Below are positions 37,970-48,220 of a stretch of 64,000 nucleotides of DNA, in pieces. Within the stretch, counting starts at the first letter, position 1. Each line of letters starts with the position of its first letter. The notes under the pieces are model-generated. The model saw only the letters and a list, made by a program, of their open reading frames with translations, was not told the DNA's origin and ran no database searches. A program made the translations under genes and the position numbers. The stretch is from NCBI GenBank assembly GCA_001687465.1, contig LVLI01000208.1:62001-126000 (forward strand). The letters are read 5' to 3'. The DNA comes from Halocafeteria seosinensis. Its lineage: Eukaryota.

Positions 37970-39554
37970 ATGATGTCCAGCGTCGTGATTCGACGCGGCA
38001 CGAACTTGCTACAGCGTCATAACAAAGTAGCACTCTCGTCAGATTGTGATGTCTACCAAGGGGCTCTTACAGCTTGTTTACAACACCGTAGTTATCGTAC
38101 AGGGCGTCACCGCGTGACTATCCGAGAGCCATATGATAGAAGACCTCCTAGAGAAGTTATCCGCCAAGAGGCGGATAAAATGGGCCAGTTTTTCGACCCT
38201 GCCAGCGCCGAAAAGGAGGCAATGAGGGAGAGGCCTGTGCCCCAGACACATAGAGAGTTTGCTATAGAAAGGAGGCGATTCAAAGAGGAGATGAAGCGAG
38301 CCAGGCTTCAGTACAAGGCTGAGTGGGAAGCGCGTCTCGCGCGCGAGAGAGCGGCCATTGCGTACGTCCCATGCAAACGTGGTGTCCAAGGGACAAGATG
38401 ACATTTTGTAATTATTCAATGATACTGATGTATGCAGAGCGCAACGAGCTGAGATAAATCGTCGTAAAGAGTGGCGTAGACGACTGAAAGATATGCATAA
38501 ACAGAAGCGAGCCCAAGAGCAGAGGAAGTGGCTACAGATTCAAAAGAAAGCCAGGAACGCCAAGAAAGAAGCTGCACGACGCAACCAAGCCTTATGGCTT
38601 GCTCAAGTGAATGAACGGCGGCAAGAATGGTTAGATGAACTGGAAGAGGATAGCAAGAACTGGGTTACTGAAGATAAGATTGACACGATGATAACAGAGG
38701 AGCTTTTCCAGACGAAGTATCCCTGGCAGTATGAGGCCTACTTTGAGAATAAAGCAAAGAAGTTGTTGGCAGATGAACAAGCCTATGCAAAACGCGGTAA
38801 AGGGCCTACTGTTGAAGGTGGGTATCCGACCGAGGATGATGAGTATCCAACAGATTGGGCAAGCGATCATGAACCGGATTTCAAGAACGATGTGTTTAGT
38901 CCCTTAGACAGAGCCGCGCGTCAGGGAATACAGATGGAAGAACTATTTTACGGGAAGCCTCAAGAAGAGGTTGTGGAGGACAAAAAACAGCAAATCCGAG
39001 ACCATATTGAAAGCTCTATTCAAGAGGGACATCTCGGGTCCGACAAGGACTTGATACAAGAGGTATTTGAACGGGACAACCAAGGACAAATTATTGTAGA
39101 CGATGGGGAAAGAGCTGTAGAAGAAGCAACCATTGATTACTATAGAAAAACAGGTGACTTGGAAAAGCTTATTCCTCTGTTGGCTAAAAAGCGAGAACGA
39201 ATGAAAGCTGAACATCCGAAAGCATATGCGAACAATCAGAGAAAGGTTGAGCGGGGGCAAGTCCGAGATGAGTATGCAGTGCTCAAAGCTGCCGAGCGTT
39301 ATGGTGTGTCAGCGATTTTGGGCCGAAGCACATCGTCCCCTGGACGCGTGGGTACAACAACTTTCGATTCAGAAATATATGATGCTGATGATGATCACAC
39401 CGTTACGTCTGGTGCCGAAGCCACCCAACGGGCTGAAAGGAAGAGTGCCGACGATTTTGCCAAAATATTTGATTTCCCTGAAGACGCCCATGACTGGACC
39501 ACAGAGGTAACTGGTTTCACCGACAATGATGAAAGTGACACAGACAAGAGATAA
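37970..39554 (+). CDS. Probable mitochondrial protein, mS26-like with acidic C-terminal extension, 2 exons
   Basis: Arg-rich presequence-like start and a long basic helix ending ELEEDSKNWVTEDKIDTMITEELF, resembling the mS26 C-terminal motif; intron about 38362-38437 keeps the frame. Confidence 0.5.
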
Positions 39555-39670
39555 AAATAATCACAGCTGGTAACATCACGTAATTTCGGTGGTGGTTATA
39601 TATTTTGTCTACTAGTGTTCCTGTTGCGCATTGTGCCTGTCTTCCCATCCAGATTTGGATTCCGACCAAC

Positions 39671-40161
39671 TTAGATTAATCCAATTCTGTTGGCTACATC
39701 CAAAGCGTCATAATCCTGTGTTAAGCGGACGTACGCCTTCTTCTGGCCATCGGGGCGAATCAGAGTATTGACTTTCTTGCATTGGATATCATATAGACTC
39801 TTGATAGCCTCCTTAATTTGACGCTTGTTCGATTCTAAGTCCACAATGAATACCAGTGTGTTATTCTCTTCAATCTTACGCATAGCGCTCTCCGTCGTCA
39901 AAGGGTGTTTGATAACACGGAACTTGGTCATCTTGGGCTCCTTCGGCAGACTCTGGTATCGTGGCCTTCGTGGAAGTCTGAGGGTCTTGGGCTTATAGAA
40001 GTGGGTTTTGGTCCGGATCTTGACCGGCTTGTTGTGCCGGCCAAGGCGGATCTTCTTCTGGACCCCTTTGGCCTTTTGAACGTCTGTAAAAAACACACCA
40101 AATATAGAGAATTCAATGAAAAACACGCATGCCGAGCAGCCACCTTACATTTCTGAACCAT
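39671..40161 (-). CDS. RPL23A: 60S ribosomal protein uL23 (L23a/L25)
   Basis: [40 protein letters not shown] and [12 protein letters not shown]; micro-exon ATGGTTCAGAAAT then intron 40148-40084 gives MVQKYVQKAK. Confidence 0.97.
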
Positions 40162-40309
40162 TTTTTCTCGTTTTTATCACCACCAAACAACCAAAAAACA
40201 GCTGCTAATATACAAAAAGAGGCAAATCAACCTGCAAACGACAGCATTGTAGTAAATAAAGTCAATAAAAGCACCATAATGCACTGAGTGTCACAAATGC
40301 GAAAACTAC

Positions 40310-40680
40310 AAAAAGCATTTTAAAGGGGAACTTCACAGGGGCGAAAAGACTCAATCTAAACCTCCCCCATTGGAAGCATTAGGGTCCTCCAACAAAGATT
40401 TCGATTGCATATACCCATGTATGTGTCTGTTTTCTTCCGTATTAACCACATGGGAAGCATGTAAACCTCCCATACACTCCCATTGCCGGTCGTAAAGACA
40501 GGCTCCATACGAGACCCCCCGAGAAACTCCAAAAAGGGTCAGGGACCGCAAGCCAAGGTGACGCACAGGGGCCACAGACCAAGGGGGTCACTCCACCCTT
40601 CCCAGATCACCCCCGAATACCCTCTGAAGGCTATACTAGCATGTTTCCCACCGTTCCAGCGATACAAAAAGCTGCTAACG
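40310..40680 (-). ncRNA. Candidate ~350-nt structured RNA upstream of RPL23A (unassigned)
   Basis: Long-range 5'/3' helix (40620-40649 with 40326-40340), an about 21-bp G-U-rich stem-loop at 40352-40407, further G-U hairpins, and TATATAAAG at 40701-40693. Confidence 0.55.
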
Positions 40681-40936
40681 TACCTCTTGCTTCTTTATAT
40701 AGTAACTGTGCCCTCAGGGAACCACAATGCGCAGCGCAATAAGGAGTGTGCAAATTCACCATGGCTTTGGGCCATAAAAGGCGACAATCTTTTCTGAGAG
40801 TTGGATAGGGCTGCGCAACTTCAACTTCAACTTCTAGGAAAGACTATTTGAGTACATTCAGGTGGTTTTGGATGGATTGTGACTGTGGACACCGGGTGAA
40901 GGTGAAGGGGAAAAGTTGATGAAACTATGATGCAGA

Positions 40937-41911
40937 ATGTCCGCATATCGGGAAGAACTGAACATGGATTCCGCATACGCGGATCCCGATCAAGAAGTGT
41001 GCGACGTCTTCACGAAACGCGATATTTTGCATGATGCGGCACGAAATCGCAATGTGCCCATTACAGTCTATTACCCGTTGGATAGGACGGGCGCAAAGTT
41101 TCCAGTGATAATATGGAGCCACGGACACGGGGGATCAAGAGATGGATCAGCGTTCTTGCACCGGTATCATGCTTCGCACGGGTACATTGTCGTTGGAGTG
41201 CAACACTTGGGGACGGATACCTCCGTATGGCAAGGTCAAGTGGGGGATCCATTGGAAATTATTCGGAACTCTTCAATTAGTAGGGAAGCAACACTTGCGC
41301 GGTTCAAAGACATTCCGTTCGTCCTAGACAGTTTGCCTACATGGGCTATCAGAAACCCAGAAGCGGGAAACCGGATGAATCTCCAAGTGATCGGTATGTC
41401 TGGACACTCGTTTGGAGCCTTGACGACGCAAGTTATGGCGGGACAAAGTATCGGCAGAGGAGGCAGGTTTATGCCCTCGCAAAAAGAGAATCGCTTCCGC
41501 GCCGGGATTGCTTACTCTCCTTCGCTTCCTGCATTCTTGGTGGACAACCCCGCTCCGTTTGTTGGTACGATATCACTCCCAATGCTTTACATGACAGGAA
41601 CAGCTGATTCCTCTCCTCGAACCCAACAGGACTACACCTCTCGAATGAAGGTTTACGAGCATTGTAATGCTCAAGACCAATACCTACTCGTCCTGAACGG
41701 TGGTGATCACATGGTGTTTTCGGACCGACGGCCATATCGCGGTATCCCACCCACTCGTGACACACACGAAAGGATCATTAAACTGAGCAGCTTGGCATTT
41801 TGGGATGCCTTTTTGAAGAACAGTGATGCCGCGCTCTACTGGCTGCGGAGCTCAGGTCTATCAACTTTTGCAGGTCCTCATGCTAGTTACGTATATAAGA
41901 ACCCGTCATGA
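40937..41911 (+). CDS. Alpha/beta hydrolase, bacterial-type (predicted dienelactone hydrolase / PAF-AH-like)
   Basis: PVIIWSHGHGGSR, IGMSGHSFGA nucleophile elbow, MTGTAD (Asp) and GGDHMVFS (His); intronless. Confidence 0.85.
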   Translation: MSAYREELNMDSAYADPDQEVCDVFTKRDILHDAARNRNVPITVYYPLDRTGAKFPVIIWSHGHGGSRDGSAFLHRYHASHGYIVVGVQHLGTDTSVWQGQVGDPLEIIRNSSISREATLARFKDIPFVLDSLPTWAIRNPEAGNRMNLQVIGMSGHSFGALTTQVMAGQSIGRGGRFMPSQKENRFRAGIAYSPSLPAFLVDNPAPFVGTISLPMLYMTGTADSSPRTQQDYTSRMKVYEHCNAQDQYLLVLNGGDHMVFSDRRPYRGIPPTRDTHERIIKLSSLAFWDAFLKNSDAALYWLRSSGLSTFAGPHASYVYKNPS

Positions 41912-42051
41912 ATCTCCAGCCATAGGACAAGACAATGTGACGACCAGTAAGGAAATGTTCAAACGAACAGAACGTTCGGCTGATCATGTACTACGATCTA
42001 CACATCGAAAGCTTAATTTTTATGTTACATTTAATCATTATCACTCGAGCT

Positions 42052-45000
42052 TCAGCGGCCAAACTCATACATCAACTCCTGATACAGTCGAAGTGCCTGA
42101 GCTGTTTGCGATGTGTGCTCCGATCTACCGTCTTCCCGTTCGTCCCGAATGAGCTGCTCTATACTGCTTATATCAATCACCTGATCTTCTCGCAGTTCTA
42201 TCTTCCCACTCTTTGTAGAACCATTTACGCGTTTTACCTGAGACACAGGCTCCACTGCGTTCTCAACACCATCACCTCCACCAAACACATGCTTAGAAGT
42301 CCTGAACATCCGGGTTCCGGAGCAGAGAAATCCCATAGCATCATCAAGACTGGAAAAGGAAAACTCCTTCCCTTCATTCTCCCCAAGATCTGTTCCATTC
42401 AACTGCTGAGACGCGCACTTAGGAGAAGGCGTCCGGGACTCATTTCCTGATGATAGTTTGTACTTTTTCTGTAGAGTTTCGCGTTCCTCATCCAGCATAT
42501 GTTCTATACCCCGCTCATGCATCCGTCGTCTGATCTTCTCACCTTTGCTGTCCAGGCTTGAAGTGTCGCTAGAAGAGATATTCTTTTCGTTTGGCATGGA
42601 AGTTCGTTCATTGGCACACGCGGTATCAGCAGAAGGGGGCAACGCTAAGGCAGTTGCGAAGCTCCCACGTGGGTCGGTCTCACTACCTGCAATACGGCCA
42701 TTCCTGCTGTACATCAGCGGATATCGCAACGACCGCAGAGCCACCATCCCAGCGCGCTTCCTTAGATTACCGACCGATGTAGCAGCCTCTCTCAAACTAG
42801 ACGACGCTTGCTGTCGTCGATCAACCTTCTTGGACCGGAGACGCGAGGCTTGCTCACGATAACTAATTGCACTCTCTTTGACAGGTTGTCTGAACTTTTT
42901 CTCCTTGTAGTTGGCTACTTGGCTTTTCCTAGAAGGGGAGCTATCAGCGGACAGCTGTTCCAGATCGTGGAAGGAGTCGTCCTCCCCGCTTTCCCCATCT
43001 CCAATAGCACTTCCGGTGGAGGGTGCCCGCAATTTCAAACTTGGTGGAGGGGAAGGAAACAGGTCCTCTTTAAGTAAGCAGTCTCTCAACCCTTCATGCT
43101 TGAGAGCACGCTGGTCCTCTTCCTGGAACTCCAAGCGATTCCTTAGCGAGGGGCATACAAGGTTACTGTTTAATATATCCGTTGTCGATTCTGCCTCGTC
43201 GTTGAAATCGCCGGACTCCTGCGAAGTGTCGTTCAACCGCCTTAAGAGACTTGTTGCTTTATCAACTATTGCTTCCGCACGACCAAATGTATTACAGCAA
43301 ACTGTTCCTGTCAGTTTTACTTCAGCTTCCTCTACAGGTGTCAACACAGGTCCCAACGAAGAACTTGCTGCGACATGTCTTGACGCTATAGACCTTGCGA
43401 CTTCACTTGAGCTACTGTCAGGAGCGAATTGAAAGCCAACAACCGCCTCTCCTTCCGGTGTGGCATCCAAAGACGCCTCAGTACATTCACTCTCGCGAGT
43501 ATCTTCCGCGTCGAAATACTTGCTGTGGTGGGATTGGTCGCTGTCATTTGTAGCAGCACTGTAAGCGGCAACATCGTCGGACAAATCCACATCCGGCGAT
43601 GACTCAGAGACAGATACCTCCAGTTTTGGATCAATAACACTCTCAAGGTTGTTTCTTAGCTCCTCAGAGGAGGTTTCTACTCGATTCCCCGGAGCATTTG
43701 AAGACGATTCCTGAACGCTAACATCCCTTGACAATTTATCCGAAACCGATATAGCACTCCCTCGAGTTAGACCAAGCCCGTACCAATTACCAGGAGAACA
43801 AGATGCATCCGTCAGTTGTGGCGCTTTCATGCCTTGAGCAGTCGAGGGCTTAGCGCAGCGAGGACAGCACCAATTGCTTCCGGGAGTTTCTAATGTTCTG
43901 GCGTTCAGGCAACACACGTGATACTCAGAATAGCAGATGCTGCAACAAAGCATGTGCTCCTTATCCATCTTGGAAAAACAAACTGAGCATCCGCATCCTT
44001 CACACCATTCAACTCCTTCCGCGTCATTGCAAACATAACACCAATGCTCTAAACGGTTGCTTATTTTGATGAAGTCACAATTTGTTACGCTGGCATTGCC
44101 GACGTATTCGGAACCACTGTCATTTTTCACTATAGCTACTGAGCTCGATCGCAAAGCTCGCGCGTTAACTGCATTCGAAAGGAACGTATCCGCTGTATAA
44201 TATGCATTTTCGTATTCGGTCGGGAAGTTCAGATACGATTTTACACGGCGAGCTTGCATAGTTGCTCGATCATAAGCTCTTGCAGCCTCGTATACGCTTC
44301 CAAACCTTCCCAACCTCTTGACTTTCCCGTCGACTTTGATTTGGGAAGTCCAACTGTCATCATTCTTTTCAATGACGCCGCGGAAGGGTCGAGCAGACAC
44401 ACGCTTAGCACCCTTTCGTTGCTCGCCACACTTCGACGAGTACTTCGTCAGCCACAGATTTTTCCGCTGTTCTAGAGCTTGTCTGAGCTCTGCGACAGTG
44501 AGGCTACAGCGATCATCAGGTTTATCAGATATCGAAGTAACCGCTCTTATAGTCAGGAGCGATGGGTCACGCTTCAGTATATAGTCTTCGATGCTTGTGA
44601 ATGGAACACTCGATGACCCTCCAATTCTATATTTTGCTTTTCCTTCCGTCTTACTAAACGCTTTCCAAGCCGAGTGGAATTCCTGTAGTACTCGCTGAGC
44701 CACACGATCTGTAAGAAACAGCGGATCTGACATATATGACAAGATCGTTGGAGAGGCAGATTGACTAGAGGCCGTGTTCGATATAGTCTCAGCACTCTCG
44801 CTCTTGGTGGCAAAAGAAGGGATATCCTGAAGAACTGTATTTGTGTCGTCGATGGTGATGTGGAAATCATGACCATCTGTTGCGCTCGGCGTCTTCATAG
44901 CCTTTTCCGAATTCTTCCGCTTTGGCATATTCGACGCAGCTGCGCTTCTCTTTTCTCCTACCTTCCCTCCATTTGTAGACGCCGCATACTTCGTAGAGTG

Positions 45001-45549
45001 TGTAGAAGCCGACTGCGGGGAAGATGAAGGTCCATCTTCTCGTTGGCGTTTGCCCACGATTGCGTGGGAGACTCCACCCCGATAGGTTTCTTTACCCCGA
45101 CCTCTTCCCCTTGCTCTACCACCTGAAGAAGAGCTGTTGCCTCGGGAGCTTTGACTAGAGTTAGCTGCTATTTGCTGTGGCTTCCCAAACCTTTGAAGTG
45201 ATGTAGTGGCAGACTTCATTGGTTTCGGTAGGACCACGCTCCTTCCATAGCTTCGCCCTGAGTTTGCCGTTGCAGACACAGATGCTGTATACGATGTAGA
45301 AGACGAAGATGAAACCAAAGAAGCTGTTCCTGGCGCCTTGGAAGCAAATGAAGAGCTAGAAGATGACGTGGAGGAAGTCCGAGAATTCTGTGACGATGCC
45401 GAATTGGCCGCTGTTTCAGCCGCCATTACTGTCGTTTCCTGGCCATTTCTGGTACTCTCAGACGTCTCTGTACATTGAGACGATGACACTGAGTTCGATG
45501 ACACAGCACTTGGTCCATTCTGGGAGGTAGTAGAGGCTATAGAAGACAT
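42052..45549 (-). CDS. Large low-complexity nuclear protein with AP2 domain and PHD finger
   Basis: PFRGV...WTSQIKVDGKVKRLGRFGSVYEAARAYD...LNFP (AP2); CSVC...CSIC..EYHVCCL...WCCPRC (C4HC3 PHD). Confidence 0.8.
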   Translation of the reverse strand: MSSIASTTSQNGPSAVSSNSVSSSQCTETSESTRNGQETTVMAAETAANSASSQNSRTSSTSSSSSSFASKAPGTASLVSSSSSTSYTASVSATANSGRSYGRSVVLPKPMKSATTSLQRFGKPQQIAANSSQSSRGNSSSSGGRARGRGRGKETYRGGVSHAIVGKRQREDGPSSSPQSASTHSTKYAASTNGGKVGEKRSAAASNMPKRKNSEKAMKTPSATDGHDFHITIDDTNTVLQDIPSFATKSESAETISNTASSQSASPTILSYMSDPLFLTDRVAQRVLQEFHSAWKAFSKTEGKAKYRIGGSSSVPFTSIEDYILKRDPSLLTIRAVTSISDKPDDRCSLTVAELRQALEQRKNLWLTKYSSKCGEQRKGAKRVSARPFRGVIEKNDDSWTSQIKVDGKVKRLGRFGSVYEAARAYDRATMQARRVKSYLNFPTEYENAYYTADTFLSNAVNARALRSSSVAIVKNDSGSEYVGNASVTNCDFIKISNRLEHWCYVCNDAEGVEWCEGCGCSVCFSKMDKEHMLCCSICYSEYHVCCLNARTLETPGSNWCCPRCAKPSTAQGMKAPQLTDASCSPGNWYGLGLTRGSAISVSDKLSRDVSVQESSSNAPGNRVETSSEELRNNLESVIDPKLEVSVSESSPDVDLSDDVAAYSAATNDSDQSHHSKYFDAEDTRESECTEASLDATPEGEAVVGFQFAPDSSSSEVARSIASRHVAASSSLGPVLTPVEEAEVKLTGTVCCNTFGRAEAIVDKATSLLRRLNDTSQESGDFNDEAESTTDILNSNLVCPSLRNRLEFQEEDQRALKHEGLRDCLLKEDLFPSPPPSLKLRAPSTGSAIGDGESGEDDSFHDLEQLSADSSPSRKSQVANYKEKKFRQPVKESAISYREQASRLRSKKVDRRQQASSSLREAATSVGNLRKRAGMVALRSLRYPLMYSRNGRIAGSETDPRGSFATALALPPSADTACANERTSMPNEKNISSSDTSSLDSKGEKIRRRMHERGIEHMLDEERETLQKKYKLSSGNESRTPSPKCASQQLNGTDLGENEGKEFSFSSLDDAMGFLCSGTRMFRTSKHVFGGGDGVENAVEPVSQVKRVNGSTKSGKIELREDQVIDISSIEQLIRDEREDGRSEHTSQTAQALRLYQELMYEFGR

Positions 45550-46588
45550 AATAGACTCAATGCGTGCGCTTCAACGTCATGTTATCAAGGGTTGCCTTTA
45601 TCCTCTACAGCAGAGAGAACACCACAACATGCAATATATCAAATGAAATGGTTTTCAATCCTCTTTCATGTGAATATCAACACTATACTGATGTATAAAA
45701 GTGAATTCTTCTTTCAGGAATGAACTCTTTAGCGCCACCAGGTGTCAGTTTCCGCTGACACTCAACGCGAGGAATCGAGATTCAGCTCGCGATCCCTCAG
45801 CAGGTACCATATACGTAAGGATGCAAACCAGAGGGTGTGCAAACAAAGAACATGGAGAATTGTTGCCTGTAGGATGTGCATCATGGTGCATGACTGGAAA
45901 GTGGCGACTACGCAACATACCGGTATGGTATATGGTATGTAATAATAATTCTTCTCGTTGTTGCTACTCGGTTCCACTGGAAGCCTTCCAGATACCAGCG
46001 AATATAAGCAACATAAAACGAAACGCACAACGTTTTAGCCCATTCTACCCAGTCAAAATCAACGTATTTAGCCTCAACAGCAAGTAATGAGATTTGTTGA
46101 TCGCCGAGTCAAAGGCCAAAGAGGCAAAGTTACGCTGATGCTTCTTTGGCGTAACATCTGCAAAAATATGATGAGGATATCAGCAGCGTAGAGTACCCCG
46201 GTATACCGAATCCCTGACGATGATGGGCTTCCGGATATGGAATTTAATATGTTTACCATCATGCATGATTACCCGTGACAACCACAGTGGGTGACAGACG
46301 GGATGGAAAGCGATACTGAAGATAAAGTCTTGATCGCTGATAAAGATGGTATGATTGATATCCGTTTTAGTTGAAAAACTACCGGCTATGAGGCTGTCTT
46401 CGGCTTATCCTGCTACATACCGGTATTATGTGACAGGTTGAAGACGTGGAGTCCAGTTGCGACGTACTACGGTATTGACGACGAATCCACCTTGGTAGAG
46501 ACGTTCGCAGCTAGAGGTTTGCTTCTCCCAATAGCCAGTTCCGAATACTTCCCGATGGAGGAGAAATAAGAATAGATGCTGTAAAATC

Positions 46589-47485
46589 ATGGCGAGCAAG
46601 GAATTGTATAAGCGGGCTGCAAGCGCCATTGCGCAAGCAGATGCGGTGTTGGTTACGGCCGGAGCTGGAATCGGCGTGGATTCGGGTCTTCCGGATTTCA
46701 GAGGGAACGAAGGTTTTTGGAGAGCCTACCCTCCCATGCGCGAGCTTGGAGTATCATTCCAGGAGCTTGCCAACCCAGAATGGTGGGAGAGTGATCCCTG
46801 TTTCGCGTGGGGATTCTACGGTCATCGCCTCAACTTGTATCGTAGTACGGAGCCGCACGACGGCTACAAGATGCTCTTCAACAAACTGCTCAAGGACAAG
46901 AGTGTCTTTGTGTTTACTAGCAATGTCGATGGGCATTTTCAGAAAGCAGGCCTGGATCCAGAAAGCATCGTGGAAGTGCACGGGTCGATTCACTACATCC
47001 AACCTGTGGCTCCATTCATGGTTCCTTCGGGTGTAGAAGACGAATTGGTCACACCCGCTGACAATGTGCAGTTGGACATCGATGAGTCAACATTTCGTGT
47101 TAAAGAGGAGGACCTACCGACAATCGAGGTCGGCGGGAAGGAGTATGACGCACGCCCCAACATTCTACAATTCGGAGATGCTCATTGGCTCTCGATAAGA
47201 ACAGATCGCCAGCTTCAGCGCTACAAGAAATGGAAGCGAGATACGGACAAACGACACAAGGACTATTCGCATTGTGTTATCGACATAGGCAGTGGAAGTG
47301 CGGTGCCTACGTGTCGGATGGAAGCTGAAAGCTACTCTTACCAGTACCAATGCCCTTTGATTCGCATTAATCCACGAGAACCTCGGGTACCAGCAAATCG
47401 AGATGGAGACCCAGACAGACTTGGACTGCCTGTGGGTGCACTCGAAGCCATTCAGGCTATCGAAGAAGAAATGCAACGCGAGTGA
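46589..47485 (+). CDS. Sir2-family NAD+-dependent deacylase
   Basis: GAGIGVDSGLPDFRG, FTSNVDGHF, catalytic EVHGS, RPNILQFGD and IRINP. Confidence 0.9.
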   Translation: MASKELYKRAASAIAQADAVLVTAGAGIGVDSGLPDFRGNEGFWRAYPPMRELGVSFQELANPEWWESDPCFAWGFYGHRLNLYRSTEPHDGYKMLFNKLLKDKSVFVFTSNVDGHFQKAGLDPESIVEVHGSIHYIQPVAPFMVPSGVEDELVTPADNVQLDIDESTFRVKEEDLPTIEVGGKEYDARPNILQFGDAHWLSIRTDRQLQRYKKWKRDTDKRHKDYSHCVIDIGSGSAVPTCRMEAESYSYQYQCPLIRINPREPRVPANRDGDPDRLGLPVGALEAIQAIEEEMQRE

Positions 47486-48220
47486 GTGCTTCAGTGGCAG
47501 TGGCATGCGTGAACGCAGGCGCCTCACTCAGCAGGTTGGACTGGCATCTACTTGTACTTGTTTGTTATCCGCTACCTTGTGCAAGACTGATGGACGGAAA
47601 GTGGATAGAAGCAAACACATTGTGGTAGGAGGAAGGCATGATCTATAAACTGCCGCAGAGTCCGGAGAATCGGCGTCATTCGCCCTTGCTTGGACTCGAC
47701 TCGCTCGGCACGTGAATTACCTGAGGTTATTTTTCTGGTACCCCACGATGTCATTAATCTCATCCTTCTATCTTCTTCAGCAGTAGATAAAAGTGAATGC
47801 TGGTTGTTTCAAGTGCTCCGAAAGCTCAAGTCCTTAGACAGTCTTGGGAAAGCGTAGGATTTTGCACCCCGTTCATTTGGTGCATACTTGACATCCATTT
47901 TCGGAAGCGAGGACCATAAGTAGGAAGTAGGTCACTGGACCACATATATATCATTACCAAAACAATATGGAACGAAACTTGTGTGGACGGCACTGTGTGT
48001 ATCTCAAGGAAGCATTCCCACTTGAAGTTCGCGTCCAAGCTACTTCGCGTCGCGACTCGCGATGTTGTCGTGTGAACCACTGCAAGATCCAACTCAGGTT
48101 GTAGAGTGGTCGAGGGGATAACAGTCGTGTTTGTTCGGCATCCCTTTCTGTCGTTTTATGTATTGCTGGCTGGCAAAGTTGGTGACTGGTTCATGAGAAG
48201 TACACGTCCCGGGTATCATC

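Noticed and set aside
45550..46588. Scattered splice-like signals and a small GTGTCAG/CTGACAC inverted repeat
   Set aside because: No consistent reading frame; a lone 7-bp inverted repeat is expected by chance.
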